Shown here: one piece after another, positions 10,389 to 20,805 of the stretch | Position numbering within the stretch: the stretch's first letter is position 1 | How the letters are laid out: every line of letters starts with the position of its first letter | Assembly (NCBI GenBank): GCA_000165345.1 | Contig: CM000436.1 | Location: 928,001-992,000, forward strand | Reading direction: 5' to 3' | DNA: 64,000 nucleotides | Made by a program: the position numbers and the translations under genes | Notes under the pieces: generated by a model | The model's database searches: none | Told to the model about the DNA's origin: nothing | The model's input: the letters and a program-made list of their open reading frames with translations, nothing else

Positions 10389-11228
10389 ATGGATGAGGAG
10401 AAATCAAAAACTGAAGAGCAAAATGGCTCTGTATCTCAGAATATAAAAACAATATCTTTGAATGATAAGGCTATTTTAAATAATCAAAGCCCAATTATTG
10501 TCAGAAGGGGAGATCTTTCAGAAACTGCACTTGAATCTTCATTTTCAGAGCCTTTATCTGCTATCGATGACTTGAAGTCAGGATGTAATTTGTTTGAGAA
10601 GAAAAGTCCAAGAGATGAACAATTACGTGAAAAGGAAACAAAGCAGGCACTAAAATCAGTTATGAAGCTTCAGAATGAAATCTTTCACATTAATAATTCA
10701 ATAGTTTCTCAGGAAAATGCATATAAAAGTTCTTTATTTTCGAACAAATACATGGGTAATATTTTTAGTAGTTTCTCTCCTTTTATTAAAGGAATTAATA
10801 AATTCACTTTAAGACCAAAAGAAAAAAGCCCTGAAGAGGTATTGAAAAATATTAAGAAAAAATCTGAAGAATTTCAAGGAAGATGCAATTATATTAAGTA
10901 TTCTACTCAGTGGTATCTTTGGGCAAAAAGAAGAAACGCTGAGACTTACTCTCAAAACCATTTAGAAAATACAGATCAATCATCATCTAATATATCTAAT
11001 GGAGTAGGAAATCCACCTTTAGGAGGAACTTCTTCTACAAATATATCAAATAATGCTAACTTATCTTGCCAAAATAATATTGGGCAAGTTTTTCAATCAA
11101 ACCAACTTTTATTACAAAAAGAAATCCAGAACGTTGAGCAATCCGTTAAATTTAGGCTTGCAATACAGTCTGATAAGCCTTCATTTACCTTCAATAGTAA
11201 TATTTGTTCTAGTCAACTTTCGGTTTAA
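10389..11228 (+). CDS. hypothetical S/N-rich protein, 279 aa
   Basis: ATG-initiated ORF with no recognisable domain. It lies divergent to DIM1, and an E2F-like motif sits in the shared 270-bp intergenic region. Confidence 0.4.
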   Translation: MDEEKSKTEEQNGSVSQNIKTISLNDKAILNNQSPIIVRRGDLSETALESSFSEPLSAIDDLKSGCNLFEKKSPRDEQLREKETKQALKSVMKLQNEIFHINNSIVSQENAYKSSLFSNKYMGNIFSSFSPFIKGINKFTLRPKEKSPEEVLKNIKKKSEEFQGRCNYIKYSTQWYLWAKRRNAETYSQNHLENTDQSSSNISNGVGNPPLGGTSSTNISNNANLSCQNNIGQVFQSNQLLLQKEIQNVEQSVKFRLAIQSDKPSFTFNSNICSSQLSV

Positions 11229-11293
11229 AAAATAAACTTTCCATAAAATTATCTAGTTAAAAATATATTCCAAACTGTTAGGGTAGAATTATA

Positions 11294-11822
11294 TTATATT
11301 GAGTCTGTTATTTTTACAGAGCAAGGCATACTCCAAGGGTGATACTCATTATTGTCCGATATTTTTCCATTATATTTAATAATCTATTATGATAGATTAT
11401 GCGATAAATTAATTTATACGAATTAATGATAATTTACGCAACTTACCTTTGGAACGTTCTCAAAAATTTCAAAGTTTTCAAAACTTTCTTCTTTATCGTC
11501 ATTATTAGAATCTTTTTCTATATTCCGCATGAAGTTAATTTTGATGTTATAATATTGCAATTTTTACTAACTTACGACTTGAGTTATAAATTTTCTCAAC
11601 AGTTTTAATATGTTTTTTCATTACATCCTTTGCATCTTTTTTTACACCATCTCTAAATTGTCTATCCTTCAACTTCTTTTTCTCTATACTTTTGTCTCTT
11701 CTCTCCTTCTTTCTCTTTTGGAATCCATTAACAAATGATTCTTTTTTTTTCATGTTAAAAGTGATCAAAGTTCCCTTTCGGCCGTGTTTGGTCAAAATAG
11801 ACTTGGAATATTTATCCAACAT
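11294..11822 (-). CDS. small basic-N/acidic-C protein, proposed 3 exons: join(11822..11576, 11517..11447, 11383..11294), about 135 aa
   Basis: ORF 11547..11822 (ATG at 11822) reads through AGTC|GTAAGT at 11575..11570. A 58-bp intron ends at AG 11519..11518 (pyrimidine-rich ..ggaatatAG). The 71-nt exon 2 encodes QKDSNNDDKEESFENFEIFENVPK and ends AAG|GTAAGT (11446..11441). A 63-bp intron ends at AG 11385..11384. Exon 3 encodes IIKYNGKISDNNEYHPWSMPCSVKITDSI and stops with TAA at 11296..11294. All phases are consistent (1, then 0). Confidence 0.55.
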
Positions 11823-11951
11823 TTTTACAATTCAAAATAGGCTGAATGAAATATTCTGTTAAACTTAATAATGAAGATATATTCAGATTATCGACATGTC
11901 ACTATTTACATTATTTTGCTTCAATTGAATTTTTTCTTGATGTAAAGTAGT

Positions 11952-11963
11952 TTCCCGCCAAAA
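11952..11963. promoter_or_regulatory. E2F-like motif TTCCCGCCAAAA between the divergent genes 11822(-) and 12179(+)
   Basis: Reverse complement TTTTGGCGGGAA. It lies 130 bp and 215 bp from the two ATGs. Confidence 0.55.
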
Positions 11964-12178
11964 AAAGTACCGTTAATGCTGATGCATGGACGTGAAAAAA
12001 ATCATGAAATAAAAAGTTAGGCAAGATAGCACTTTAGTAGAATGACTAGTGAACAATAACAAATAACTAATAATTTATGTTTTATTGTGATTTTCTTTGC
12101 TGCGAAGCAATCGATTTATTTTACCCATAAAGAGAAAGATCTATATGAATTAATCTAAACGTGGAACTGAGTTGAAAA

Positions 12179-13384
12179 ATGAATCGATTAACTGAAAACG
12201 ATCAGGAACTTAAAACTATTCTTGATGGAGTTATGATTAATGACTGTATTAAACCATTTAGGAAGGTTTCAGAAAAATTAGAAGAGTTTGATCAATTTGC
12301 AACAGAATATGGAAATTCTTTAGATTCTAAAATTAATCAGATGCTAATTTCACTACGGAAAGATGAAATTAATTGCTTAAAATTAGAAATGAGGCTAGAA
12401 AAAATTCTTGAGTTAGTTACTGAGCAAATGCGTAAAGGCAACCATGAAGGTAAGGAAGACAAAGCACCAACTAAAAATATGGTAAAAACAGAAGAAATAA
12501 ACAAAAAAATCAAGAAAAGTGATGAAAAACAAAAAGAAAGTGGTGAAGAAAGAACTCTTAGCAGTTCAATGAATAGTATGGAATCTGTTCCTGTCGATCC
12601 TTTGATAAAAAGAACTCTTGAATTCGAAAACACTCAGAGGAAGATATATGAAAATCCTAACAATACCAAAGGATGTAGTATGCATGTTGAAGAAGAAACC
12701 TGTGATGAAATCAGTGTGAAAATAAGTACTGATGGTTCTGCAAGAAGCTTACTTTCGAAGTATATTAATGGCGAAAATAAGCATGGGAATGAAGTCAGAG
12801 AAAAAGATCCAAATGCAATTAGAAGAGAAAAGGTTGATAATATAAAAAGAACAGTCAAGCCTATAGCTCGTGATAACGGTAATAAAGGCAAGTGTTGTGC
12901 TTTTTGGAAGAAATGGTGCTGTTGTTGTCTATCAGATAAGGGCCCAACAAAATCGGGCAACTATTATAAGATGTCTATACAAGAATGGAAAGATTTTCTG
13001 GCATCAATTGAACCTAAAGATAAGAGATATAAGGACTACTGTAACATGTTAGAGAAAAGAAACGATTCTTATAATGTTGATATTGAAGGGTTACCCCCTT
13101 TGATTGTTGAATATTCATCTTTAAATGCAAAGGCTGGGGGAAATTATTATGGAAATCAAATGTACAACATGGGCCAAAATTATCAATATTATTATCCTGT
13201 AAATAATCAAGGTTATTATAATTATGGGCAATATTATTATGACGCTAGAAGTCAGGTCTCTAATATGTCTTATGTTAACAACAACCCAAATTATTTGAAT
13301 TTTAATAAGAAAGGTAAAAACATGCAAGAAGATGTTAAATGTAGACAAATGGTACATACAAAGATGGGAATAAGAAATGGTTAA
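12179..13384 (+). CDS. hypothetical protein with Cys cluster (CCAFWKKWCCCC) and Tyr/Asn/Gln-rich prion-like C-terminus, 401 aa
   Basis: ATG at 12179. It has a K/E-rich coiled-coil N-half, a CC..CCCC cluster typical of palmitoylation sites, and a C-terminus GNYYGNQMYNMGQNYQYYYPVNNQGYYNYGQYYYD. Confidence 0.5.
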   Translation: MNRLTENDQELKTILDGVMINDCIKPFRKVSEKLEEFDQFATEYGNSLDSKINQMLISLRKDEINCLKLEMRLEKILELVTEQMRKGNHEGKEDKAPTKNMVKTEEINKKIKKSDEKQKESGEERTLSSSMNSMESVPVDPLIKRTLEFENTQRKIYENPNNTKGCSMHVEEETCDEISVKISTDGSARSLLSKYINGENKHGNEVREKDPNAIRREKVDNIKRTVKPIARDNGNKGKCCAFWKKWCCCCLSDKGPTKSGNYYKMSIQEWKDFLASIEPKDKRYKDYCNMLEKRNDSYNVDIEGLPPLIVEYSSLNAKAGGNYYGNQMYNMGQNYQYYYPVNNQGYYNYGQYYYDARSQVSNMSYVNNNPNYLNFNKKGKNMQEDVKCRQMVHTKMGIRNG

Positions 13385-13504
13385 TTTGTAAATATAAATA
13401 TTTCATAATTTTATATATTAAGGATTATATAGATTATAAATTTCATTATTTCTTCATTTGAACTTGTACGAAAACTAAGTAATATTTAAATAGAATTGAT
13501 GATA

Positions 13505-14932
13505 TTAAATAGGCTGCAGCCCAAGAGCAACATTTACACTTTTACGAATTGGATTATTGGGCTCAAGATCAGCAATAGAAATCACAGTTGAGCAATGAGG
13601 GCAATATCCCTTGATTGTGTTTGGCGAAATCCCTGATGCAGCATCCATATGATTTCTAATAAAGTTAATAATGCATTCCTGACAGTATGTTTCACCACAG
13701 CATGGAGTCAAAACTGCGTATCTGAAGAGCCTCGCACATATAGGACAAGTTAATGAATCTCGGACAAGACTTGTGTCTTCCTTTGATTTACCCATATGTT
13801 TTCCAATAGTGTCTTCAACCGTTCTAGTCAGGAAAGCCGTACTTGAAAGTTGTTTTGCATCCTTTAGCACAGCAAACGTACCATCGGGGAGGCAATAAAC
13901 TTCTGAGTAGAGTCTACCTTCTTCGTCAAAATTAATAGCTCTTAGAAAACTTCTAGGGATTCCTGTAGCAGGTCTAATTTTTTTTTGAGATACTCCTTCG
14001 TTAACTTTGGGACAGACACGAATATGGTGCCCCCTTTCACCGCACATATGACAAATATAATCTGCAGGAACGTCTGTTGATGTATTGGCCATTGCATTCT
14101 TGTAATTATAATTAGCCGACACAGACGAAGGTCCAAAGTTTGCATTGTAACTTTGCCCACCAAAATAGTTATTTGATGATCCAGTATTAAGAGGGCCTGT
14201 TCCAATAGCCCCCAGTTTTTTGTATGGTTCACTTCTAAATTGGCTGGACGCAGAAAAATTTGTACCTGTTGTATTTCCAGCTCCATATCTGCTTCCTGTT
14301 GCAGTTACAGACTTTGGATATCCTCTTTGGTTAAACTGTTCTAACATTTCGCTTCTTTGAGCTGCTGTCTGTTTGAATTTCTCACCATGCTGTTGCATTA
14401 CTAACAAAATAGCTGCATCTTCCGACGAACTATTTTTTGAATTATTCGATGGATTTGTACTATTCAAAACTGAGTTATGATCATCATCCTTACTTTCTCC
14501 TACTTTTGTAAAATTACCGCTATTAGGGGCTAAATCAGTGGTGGATGGAGGAGATAATATGGTTTGTTCTCGCATGGATATGTTTGATGGAGCAGTGCTT
14601 GAAGAAGCGGAATTTGTTGCTTGAGATACAGTTGAAGGCTTGCTCTTTATTTTTGAATTTGCTGCTTCTAAAAGAGGTTTTGCTAAGTCCTTAGGGAGCC
14701 TGACCACATTTAAATATATTCCCTCTTTTAGAATTTCATAATCTGAAAGGTATACATTCGAAACACGGCCATTCTTATCGCTTTGTGTAGCTAAGATATC
14801 CATATCCTCTCCAATATCTAAAATTTCCCTGAGCTTTGACCTAACATGTGAAACTAAGGCAGGAAATTCATGTGTAAGATCCTTAAATTTCTTTTCACTT
14901 TTAAACTTATAATAAATTTTGTTGTTGGCCAT
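13505..14932 (-). CDS. RBBP6/Mpe1-like protein: DWNN ubiquitin-like domain + CCHC zinc knuckle + RING/U-box-like finger, 475 aa
   Basis: The N-terminus IYYKFKSEKKFKDLTHEF..DYEILKEGIYLNVVRLP is DWNN-like. CHMCGERGHHIRVCP is a CCHC knuckle. CPICARLFRYAVLTPCCGETYCQECI...CPHCS is RING-like. This architecture defines the Mpe1/RBBP6 family (mRNA 3'-end processing / E3). Confidence 0.8.
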   Translation of the reverse strand: MANNKIYYKFKSEKKFKDLTHEFPALVSHVRSKLREILDIGEDMDILATQSDKNGRVSNVYLSDYEILKEGIYLNVVRLPKDLAKPLLEAANSKIKSKPSTVSQATNSASSSTAPSNISMREQTILSPPSTTDLAPNSGNFTKVGESKDDDHNSVLNSTNPSNNSKNSSSEDAAILLVMQQHGEKFKQTAAQRSEMLEQFNQRGYPKSVTATGSRYGAGNTTGTNFSASSQFRSEPYKKLGAIGTGPLNTGSSNNYFGGQSYNANFGPSSVSANYNYKNAMANTSTDVPADYICHMCGERGHHIRVCPKVNEGVSQKKIRPATGIPRSFLRAINFDEEGRLYSEVYCLPDGTFAVLKDAKQLSSTAFLTRTVEDTIGKHMGKSKEDTSLVRDSLTCPICARLFRYAVLTPCCGETYCQECIINFIRNHMDAASGISPNTIKGYCPHCSTVISIADLEPNNPIRKSVNVALGLQPI

Positions 14933-15091
14933 TTTTGAGTCTCCAATAGCTCAAGGTTTTCTCACAAAAATTTAAGGCGATGCTTTGTTGTCTCGTATCT
15001 TTATTGTTTCTTCTATTTACTTACATTAAAGCATCTTAAATGGAGACTTTTTGAATTCTAACACATACCACAGGTATCTTTCTCCCCAAAC

Positions 15092-15111
15092 CAGCGCCAT
15101 TAATGGCGCCC
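15092..15111. promoter_or_regulatory. paired GGCGCC sites (CAGCGCCATTAATGGCGCCC) upstream of the RBBP6-like gene
   Basis: Inverted pair about 160 bp upstream of the ATG at 14932. Confidence 0.5.
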
Positions 15112-15294
15112 AGTTATCATTCATAGCTTTCAAGCATGCAAATGCTACATAAAAGAAAAGAATATTTTAGATGAAGTTGAAATAATATTAATAATACTAT
15201 TAAATTAATAAGTTAAGTATCTGATTATAACAACGTACAATTGAACTCCCCGATTATGAAACAGTTAACTTTATATGCTAAGGAAAAATTTGAG

Positions 15295-16107
15295 TTAAAG
15301 CCCAAGCAAATATCCCCCATATTTTGTTAGGAATACTTTATTATTCTCGTTATTCATACCCTTGTTGCCAAGCTTAATAGGTTCAGGACATCTAGATGCA
15401 GTTTTATATTGTTTAATTGTTGGCATAGAGGGGGTCTTTTGAATTTGATTCTCATTTACTTTTGAAAGGAGTGGGTTGCTCTGAACTTGCAGTCTATTCA
15501 CAGTAGGAATTTCTAAATAATTTTTTTTAGAGATCTGGCATTCTTTTATGCTTTTTTTTTCTGCTTCATTTGTTTTTAGTCTAGTGATCGAAGTATTTGG
15601 TTCATATGGAATTTTAATTTTATTCGAGTTTTGCACGTTAAAATCCTTATTAATTGGAGGATTTGAACTATGAGAAACGAACTTTGATCTTGGAATAATA
15701 ACACTTCTTTCCATTTCACTAGCCTTGTAATAGTTAATTGGCTCATTGAAATGGCAGCCAGTTTTAATTGGATTATCATTTTTAGAAATTTCAAGATGCT
15801 CAAAAATATGCTGCTTTATTTGATTTTTTGACTTTTGAACGTAGCTTTTAAGCGATACCGGCGAGCCAAATAGTTTATTATTTCTTGAAAGTTCAAGATA
15901 TTCATTTCCATGGCCTATTGATGTAAACAAACTTCTCTCAAAAATGTCATTATTAATTAAATTGTGTTTTGTATTGAAAAAAGAATAGTAGTCATTAACA
16001 TCTTGGTATACTTCATTAGATTTATGTTCCTCATCTTTCAAAAAATAATTATTAAGACAGCAGATTTTATCTGAAATGTTATTAATTGTATTCACTATAC
16101 TTTCCAT
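15295..16107 (-). CDS. hypothetical protein, 270 aa
   Basis: ATG-initiated ORF (ATG at 16107). N/K-rich, no recognisable domain. Confidence 0.4.
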   Translation of the reverse strand: MESIVNTINNISDKICCLNNYFLKDEEHKSNEVYQDVNDYYSFFNTKHNLINNDIFERSLFTSIGHGNEYLELSRNNKLFGSPVSLKSYVQKSKNQIKQHIFEHLEISKNDNPIKTGCHFNEPINYYKASEMERSVIIPRSKFVSHSSNPPINKDFNVQNSNKIKIPYEPNTSITRLKTNEAEKKSIKECQISKKNYLEIPTVNRLQVQSNPLLSKVNENQIQKTPSMPTIKQYKTASRCPEPIKLGNKGMNNENNKVFLTKYGGYLLGL

Positions 16108-16587
16108 TTTGTTTGGTTAAAAAAGAATATGAAAATATATTAGAAAAATAACAACATGAAAATTATGTTAAGAACTATTAAATATTTAGGTGTTCCACCG
16201 GTTTCTTAATAAAATTAAGTTTTTTTTTATGCAGTTTTTCTGGAGACATTGCAAAAAATCATGTGCAGTTTGGCGGTTGCAGGGTTATCGGCCCAATTTG
16301 CATGCACTGTGATCAAACAAAAAAAAAAAAAAATCAACGCATTGTAAGAAAAAAAAGTAAATTAACTAATTACGGGTACTATAGTATTTTAGAGTGACAT
16401 TGTTGGCAATGCAGCCATAATTCTATCCACACAGTTGCAGAAAGAAATTTAAAATTAAACTTTAATTAACTGACGCAATTCTTGCATATTTATAATAGTA
16501 GCGTAATAGATGAAATTTATAAGTTTTCCTCAAAAAGGGTTTAGAAGAGTCAAAGAAGAACGGAATCATATCGTTCTGATGCTAAGC

Positions 16588-17961
16588 TCAATGATCTGAG
16601 AAAAAATGAGTATATATGATTGCAGAGAAGCAGAGTGGGTAAACCAATATAGAGAAAATGAGCAGGATCACAGCCATGATCTTTGAAGTGTTCCAAGGGG
16701 AATCTGAAAATAACTTGAGATGTAGAACAGCCGGAAGGAAGTAACATACAGTATTTGAGCAAAATAGTCCAACAAATTCGTATGTGAGGCCAAGGTCAGA
16801 AACGAAATATGTAACAGTTGTACAGATAAAAAGGAAAATAAAGGTGAGAGTTCTAAGTAAGTGACGATCTTTTGTTGATGATCCTTCTGCATCTTCTCCA
16901 CTTTTAATAATAACGGCAAGGGACTTTCTGAATGAATGACAAGATACCGGGAATGAAAATACAAGCGATGATACTAATACAATTTTAGCAATAACAACAG
17001 TTAGTGATTGAGTACCAAACATACTGAGGATATCAGAGGACTTGAGAGTGTTTCCAAACAGCATATATCCTGAAGAACCCATAAGGATGTAAATTAAAGT
17101 ACAAAATCCAAGTGAAACAACTGAAGAGAAAACCAATTTGTATAACGTCTTGTCTGCAAGCTCATTTGCAACGTTGAGGAAGTTGTGGTGGCATGTGAAA
17201 GAAAACACAAATATTGGGAATGTCTGGAGCATAAAAATTGGTCTCCTAGTTGAGATAAGTTCAACCTTCTCAAGCATTGTTGTAAGTTCTGGAAGGCCAA
17301 CAAGGAAGCTGAATATTACAACTGCTGCAACATAGAGGGATGAAAATACAGCAATCCAATTAATGATAGTAAGCTCGGCAAGAGATGTAGGATAACTGGC
17401 TGGACCGATAATAAAAATCACAACAAATAACAAAATTGCAGTTCTCGTATTAGATTCTGATAGATATGGAGCAAGAAAACCCCCGAACAAGGTTTGTATT
17501 ACAGCTACAACGACCATAAGATAAGTAATACAGGACCCAAGTGACATAATTAGTATGGATGTATCGATCAGTGACTTTAGCTTTGGGAAAGTTTTTTCAG
17601 CAATCGAATAGTATGTTACAGGCATCATTGTACCTGTTGGATCTTCATTAAGTGATATTTCGGAAAGAAGAATGCATGCAAGCGTTGAAAACATGCCTGA
17701 TATTATTGTCATAAAGATTCCTTGTAAAAGTCCATTTTTACTGTATGCCCAAGGTAATCCAAGAATTCCGACTCCCATTGTTGTGTTTACCAAAGCAAAA
17801 AATGAAGAAGTCATCGACCCCTTTTTATACCTTTTTTCAATAAAATTTTCCATCCCAATTAAGACCTGCTCTGATAATCGGGATATAAAGCTCTCCTTTG
17901 AGCTTTTCCTAATTGTAGATCTGGAAGGAAGTAAGCTTTTTTCTTCATTTAGAGTTCTCAT
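16588..17961 (-). CDS. amino-acid transporter, Aa_trans (AAAP/SLC36-38-like) family, about 11 TM, 457 aa
   Basis: The N-terminal signature SFFALVNTTMGVGILGLPWAYSKNGLLQGIFMTII is followed by multiple hydrophobic helices. ATG at 17961. Confidence 0.75.
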   Translation of the reverse strand: MRTLNEEKSLLPSRSTIRKSSKESFISRLSEQVLIGMENFIEKRYKKGSMTSSFFALVNTTMGVGILGLPWAYSKNGLLQGIFMTIISGMFSTLACILLSEISLNEDPTGTMMPVTYYSIAEKTFPKLKSLIDTSILIMSLGSCITYLMVVVAVIQTLFGGFLAPYLSESNTRTAILLFVVIFIIGPASYPTSLAELTIINWIAVFSSLYVAAVVIFSFLVGLPELTTMLEKVELISTRRPIFMLQTFPIFVFSFTCHHNFLNVANELADKTLYKLVFSSVVSLGFCTLIYILMGSSGYMLFGNTLKSSDILSMFGTQSLTVVIAKIVLVSSLVFSFPVSCHSFRKSLAVIIKSGEDAEGSSTKDRHLLRTLTFIFLFICTTVTYFVSDLGLTYEFVGLFCSNTVCYFLPAVLHLKLFSDSPWNTSKIMAVILLIFSILVYPLCFSAIIYTHFFSDH

Positions 17962-18328
17962 AAGATTAAGTTAACTTTTCCATATAAAGATTTATTCCTA
18001 TTAATTTAGTACAAATTATCAACGAGAGTTTATTTCGTTAGTTATTATTTTTTCTTTTACTTTATTATTTTTTTTAGAGACGTTGTTAACTATTAGCTCA
18101 TCTATCTTAGACCCCGCTCACAATCTGTCTATTAAGTACCGACAAATTACTTGCCGCTTCATCATTTCCAGATCCAGAGTCAATCAGGGAATAAATTAAA
18201 AATAAGTAAGTTGATACAGGAGGAGTTACAAATGCAGTGAGATATAAAATTTCATTAAACGATTGAACTTAGAAAAGTACGGATTTACAAACCACATGTA
18301 AAAATGATAATCTATTTCTACCTAAATA

Positions 18329-19636
18329 TTATATTTCCAAGACTCCTCTGGACCTAAAGGCAATTCTAAGTTGTTCACGGACATGTTCTACAGCTTCTGA
18401 TTTTCTTGGTCTTATACGGCCTCTTTCAGAGTTATTCGCACGCCTACCGTATCCTCCGTTGCTTTTAGGCTGCTGGGTTAGGTTTCTGAGTTCAGGATTT
18501 GATAACGCTATGGCATTATTACTGCTATCAGTAGCCTTTTCAGAGATAGGGTTTGGATGCAGCCCCAAACTCTTTCTATTCCTATGAAAATTTCTCTTGG
18601 TGTGTTTAAGGTTTATTTTAGAAGGCTCAGGAAAATCATTAAGCGCCGAGGTAACCTGCGTATTTTGCGTAGGATTATGCTTGTTGGACGACGAACCAAC
18701 ATTATTGTTCCTTTGATAAAACCTCTTCTTTCTTCTAACCTTGATATTATAATTTCTATCATTATTATTAAACGGGTTATCGCTATGAGCAGCTACTACT
18801 GCATCCAAGCCAGAACAATGAGTCGTTAATCTATCTACTTGATTTGTTCCGGAGTTCACCACTCCCATAGTTGTGTCTACACTACTGTTGTTATCATCAC
18901 TAAGTATCATCTTCAAATTCGAGTCCTTTTCCACAATTGTTTTAAGGAGGTGAGTATTAATAGACTGGCTTGAAATCGAATTTGATGCATTATCACTATT
19001 GCAGGTGGTGCTTAGAATGTTCCTTTGAGAGAACTTCTTTCTCCTTTTATACTTCTTCTTCTTTCTCTTAGACTCGTCAAAGTTTATATGAGCAATAGTT
19101 GTGTTAATAACCTGGTCGAGCAAGCCATCAAACTTAGTCGTAATCGTCTCTTGAGTTGAAGAAGTCTGAGAAGAAGAGTTTTTGAGAGCAACACTAGGCT
19201 TCTGCTGCTGTTCTGCTTGAAATCCCAAGTTCAAGTGGTTTTCTTCGTAGATATAACCTTCAGAGCACGATCCATGATCAGACCCTGGGGGAGAATTAGC
19301 TTTGGAGTTTTGCTTATTATGCTCATCGTCTTCTGCTCCAATAACGGTGATAGGTAATTGCAGAGGGTTATTAGAATGTGAGAGAGACTTTTCAGAAGCC
19401 AGATTAATACCCTTACTTTGTGTATCTACTACCAAACTGCCCCCAGATTTGTTCAGATTAAGTGCTCTTCTTTTAGTAGCAATTAGAATTGCAGTCTCTC
19501 TGGAAACACCAAGGTATTCAGCTTCAGCTATCCAACGAAGCAGCTCCTCATCAAAAACAGGGCCAGTTATAGGGACTGAGCCAAAGGCAAGATTCGGGGA
19601 GACGTCCTCCTGACGGTTCAAGAGACCAACCATCAT
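18329..19636 (-). CDS. hypothetical basic low-complexity protein, possible N-terminal CUE-like helix (FDEELLRWIAEAEYLGVSRETAILIA), 435 aa
   Basis: ATG at 19636 (MM). S/N-rich with a KRKKKKYKRRKK basic patch (NLS-like). Domain call is weak. Confidence 0.45.
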   Translation of the reverse strand: MMVGLLNRQEDVSPNLAFGSVPITGPVFDEELLRWIAEAEYLGVSRETAILIATKRRALNLNKSGGSLVVDTQSKGINLASEKSLSHSNNPLQLPITVIGAEDDEHNKQNSKANSPPGSDHGSCSEGYIYEENHLNLGFQAEQQQKPSVALKNSSSQTSSTQETITTKFDGLLDQVINTTIAHINFDESKRKKKKYKRRKKFSQRNILSTTCNSDNASNSISSQSINTHLLKTIVEKDSNLKMILSDDNNSSVDTTMGVVNSGTNQVDRLTTHCSGLDAVVAAHSDNPFNNNDRNYNIKVRRKKRFYQRNNNVGSSSNKHNPTQNTQVTSALNDFPEPSKINLKHTKRNFHRNRKSLGLHPNPISEKATDSSNNAIALSNPELRNLTQQPKSNGGYGRRANNSERGRIRPRKSEAVEHVREQLRIAFRSRGVLEI

Positions 19637-20618
19637 ATTAAGCAGTCGTTTTGGAGCAGCACCAATGTTTATCTCAATCGAGAGTGAAGTCCAGAGGCAG
19701 CAAGCAACTGGAGGCCATTAAGTATATGAATCTATATCTAATAGATTATTTGATCAAAATGTAAGTTATTAAATGTGGATAAAACAGAAGGGAAGAGAGA
19801 AAGGAAGTGCTATATAAGAACTTTGGTTGAATCTTTAGCCAAATAAGCGTGCTTGTTAACAGCGATTATCACAAATTTGACAGTATTTACGTAGTTGGAA
19901 ACCTGATTTCTGAAATTCTAAATTGAGGGATTTTTTTTTTCTTACTAGAGTTCAGATCTTTTAAAGTAAATAAAATTCTGATACTTCAGATAGAATATGT
20001 GATTATTAATAAATACACTACAACTTGGTCAAATTACATGTATATTAGCCGTTCCTCGCTTCAAACGACTCAATTTAAACAAGACACACTCTCGTCAACT
20101 CCCCGTGCAGACCTCTTGAAATAATAATAAAAATAATAAAGGAATGAAGAAGTTAAATATAACTGATATCTATGTTAATATGTTGCATAGATATATAGTT
20201 TGTTCAGTCGCTTCTTCTAAACTATTGGGGCCGATGCTGAAATTTGAAATGAGAAAGAGCTTCTTGTTAGTTGTCTCCCAGGATAAATCCAAGCCTGAAA
20301 AGGTGACAAACTGCTCAAATGGACCTCCTTTGATTGATTGTATTACCAATTCAAAAAGTATTAAACATTCAAAGATATTAATAGGAAACCGCTCTTCTAA
20401 CGGCTTAATATCAAAGGTATGTCCACTCTCCTTGTAACTTCCACTCAGAGAGGAAGTAAGCAAAGTAGCTCTATGTCTGTACTTAAACGTCTCCAAACGC
20501 TAACCGATCAATTCAGCTGTCAGAAATTAGAGCGACTTCGCTAACAAGCTCTTTTGTGCCTGTCAAGTGCTTTCTATTAAATCCAGAAGCCTCTAATTCA
20601 AGGATACATATACGTACA

Positions 20619-20643
20619 AATGGCGCCTGTATTATGGCGCTTC
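20619..20643. promoter_or_regulatory. two tandem TGGCGC(C) sites (AATGGCGCCTGTATTATGGCGCTTCTGGC) in the 19637-20805 intergenic region
   Basis: GC-rich paired motif. It lies about 125 bp upstream of the orphan minus-strand ORF ending at 20496. Confidence 0.4.
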
Positions 20644-20805
20644 TGGCAAATAACTCATAGAAAAATACAAAATATACAATGCAGCTTAATATTGCATTAA
20701 AAGCGCAATCACTTAAATCTATATAGCTATTATTATAAAGATGAATATACCAAATATAAAAATCTAGGGCAAGTATACATTAAGCTAATGAGCCATAGCT
20801 TTGTA

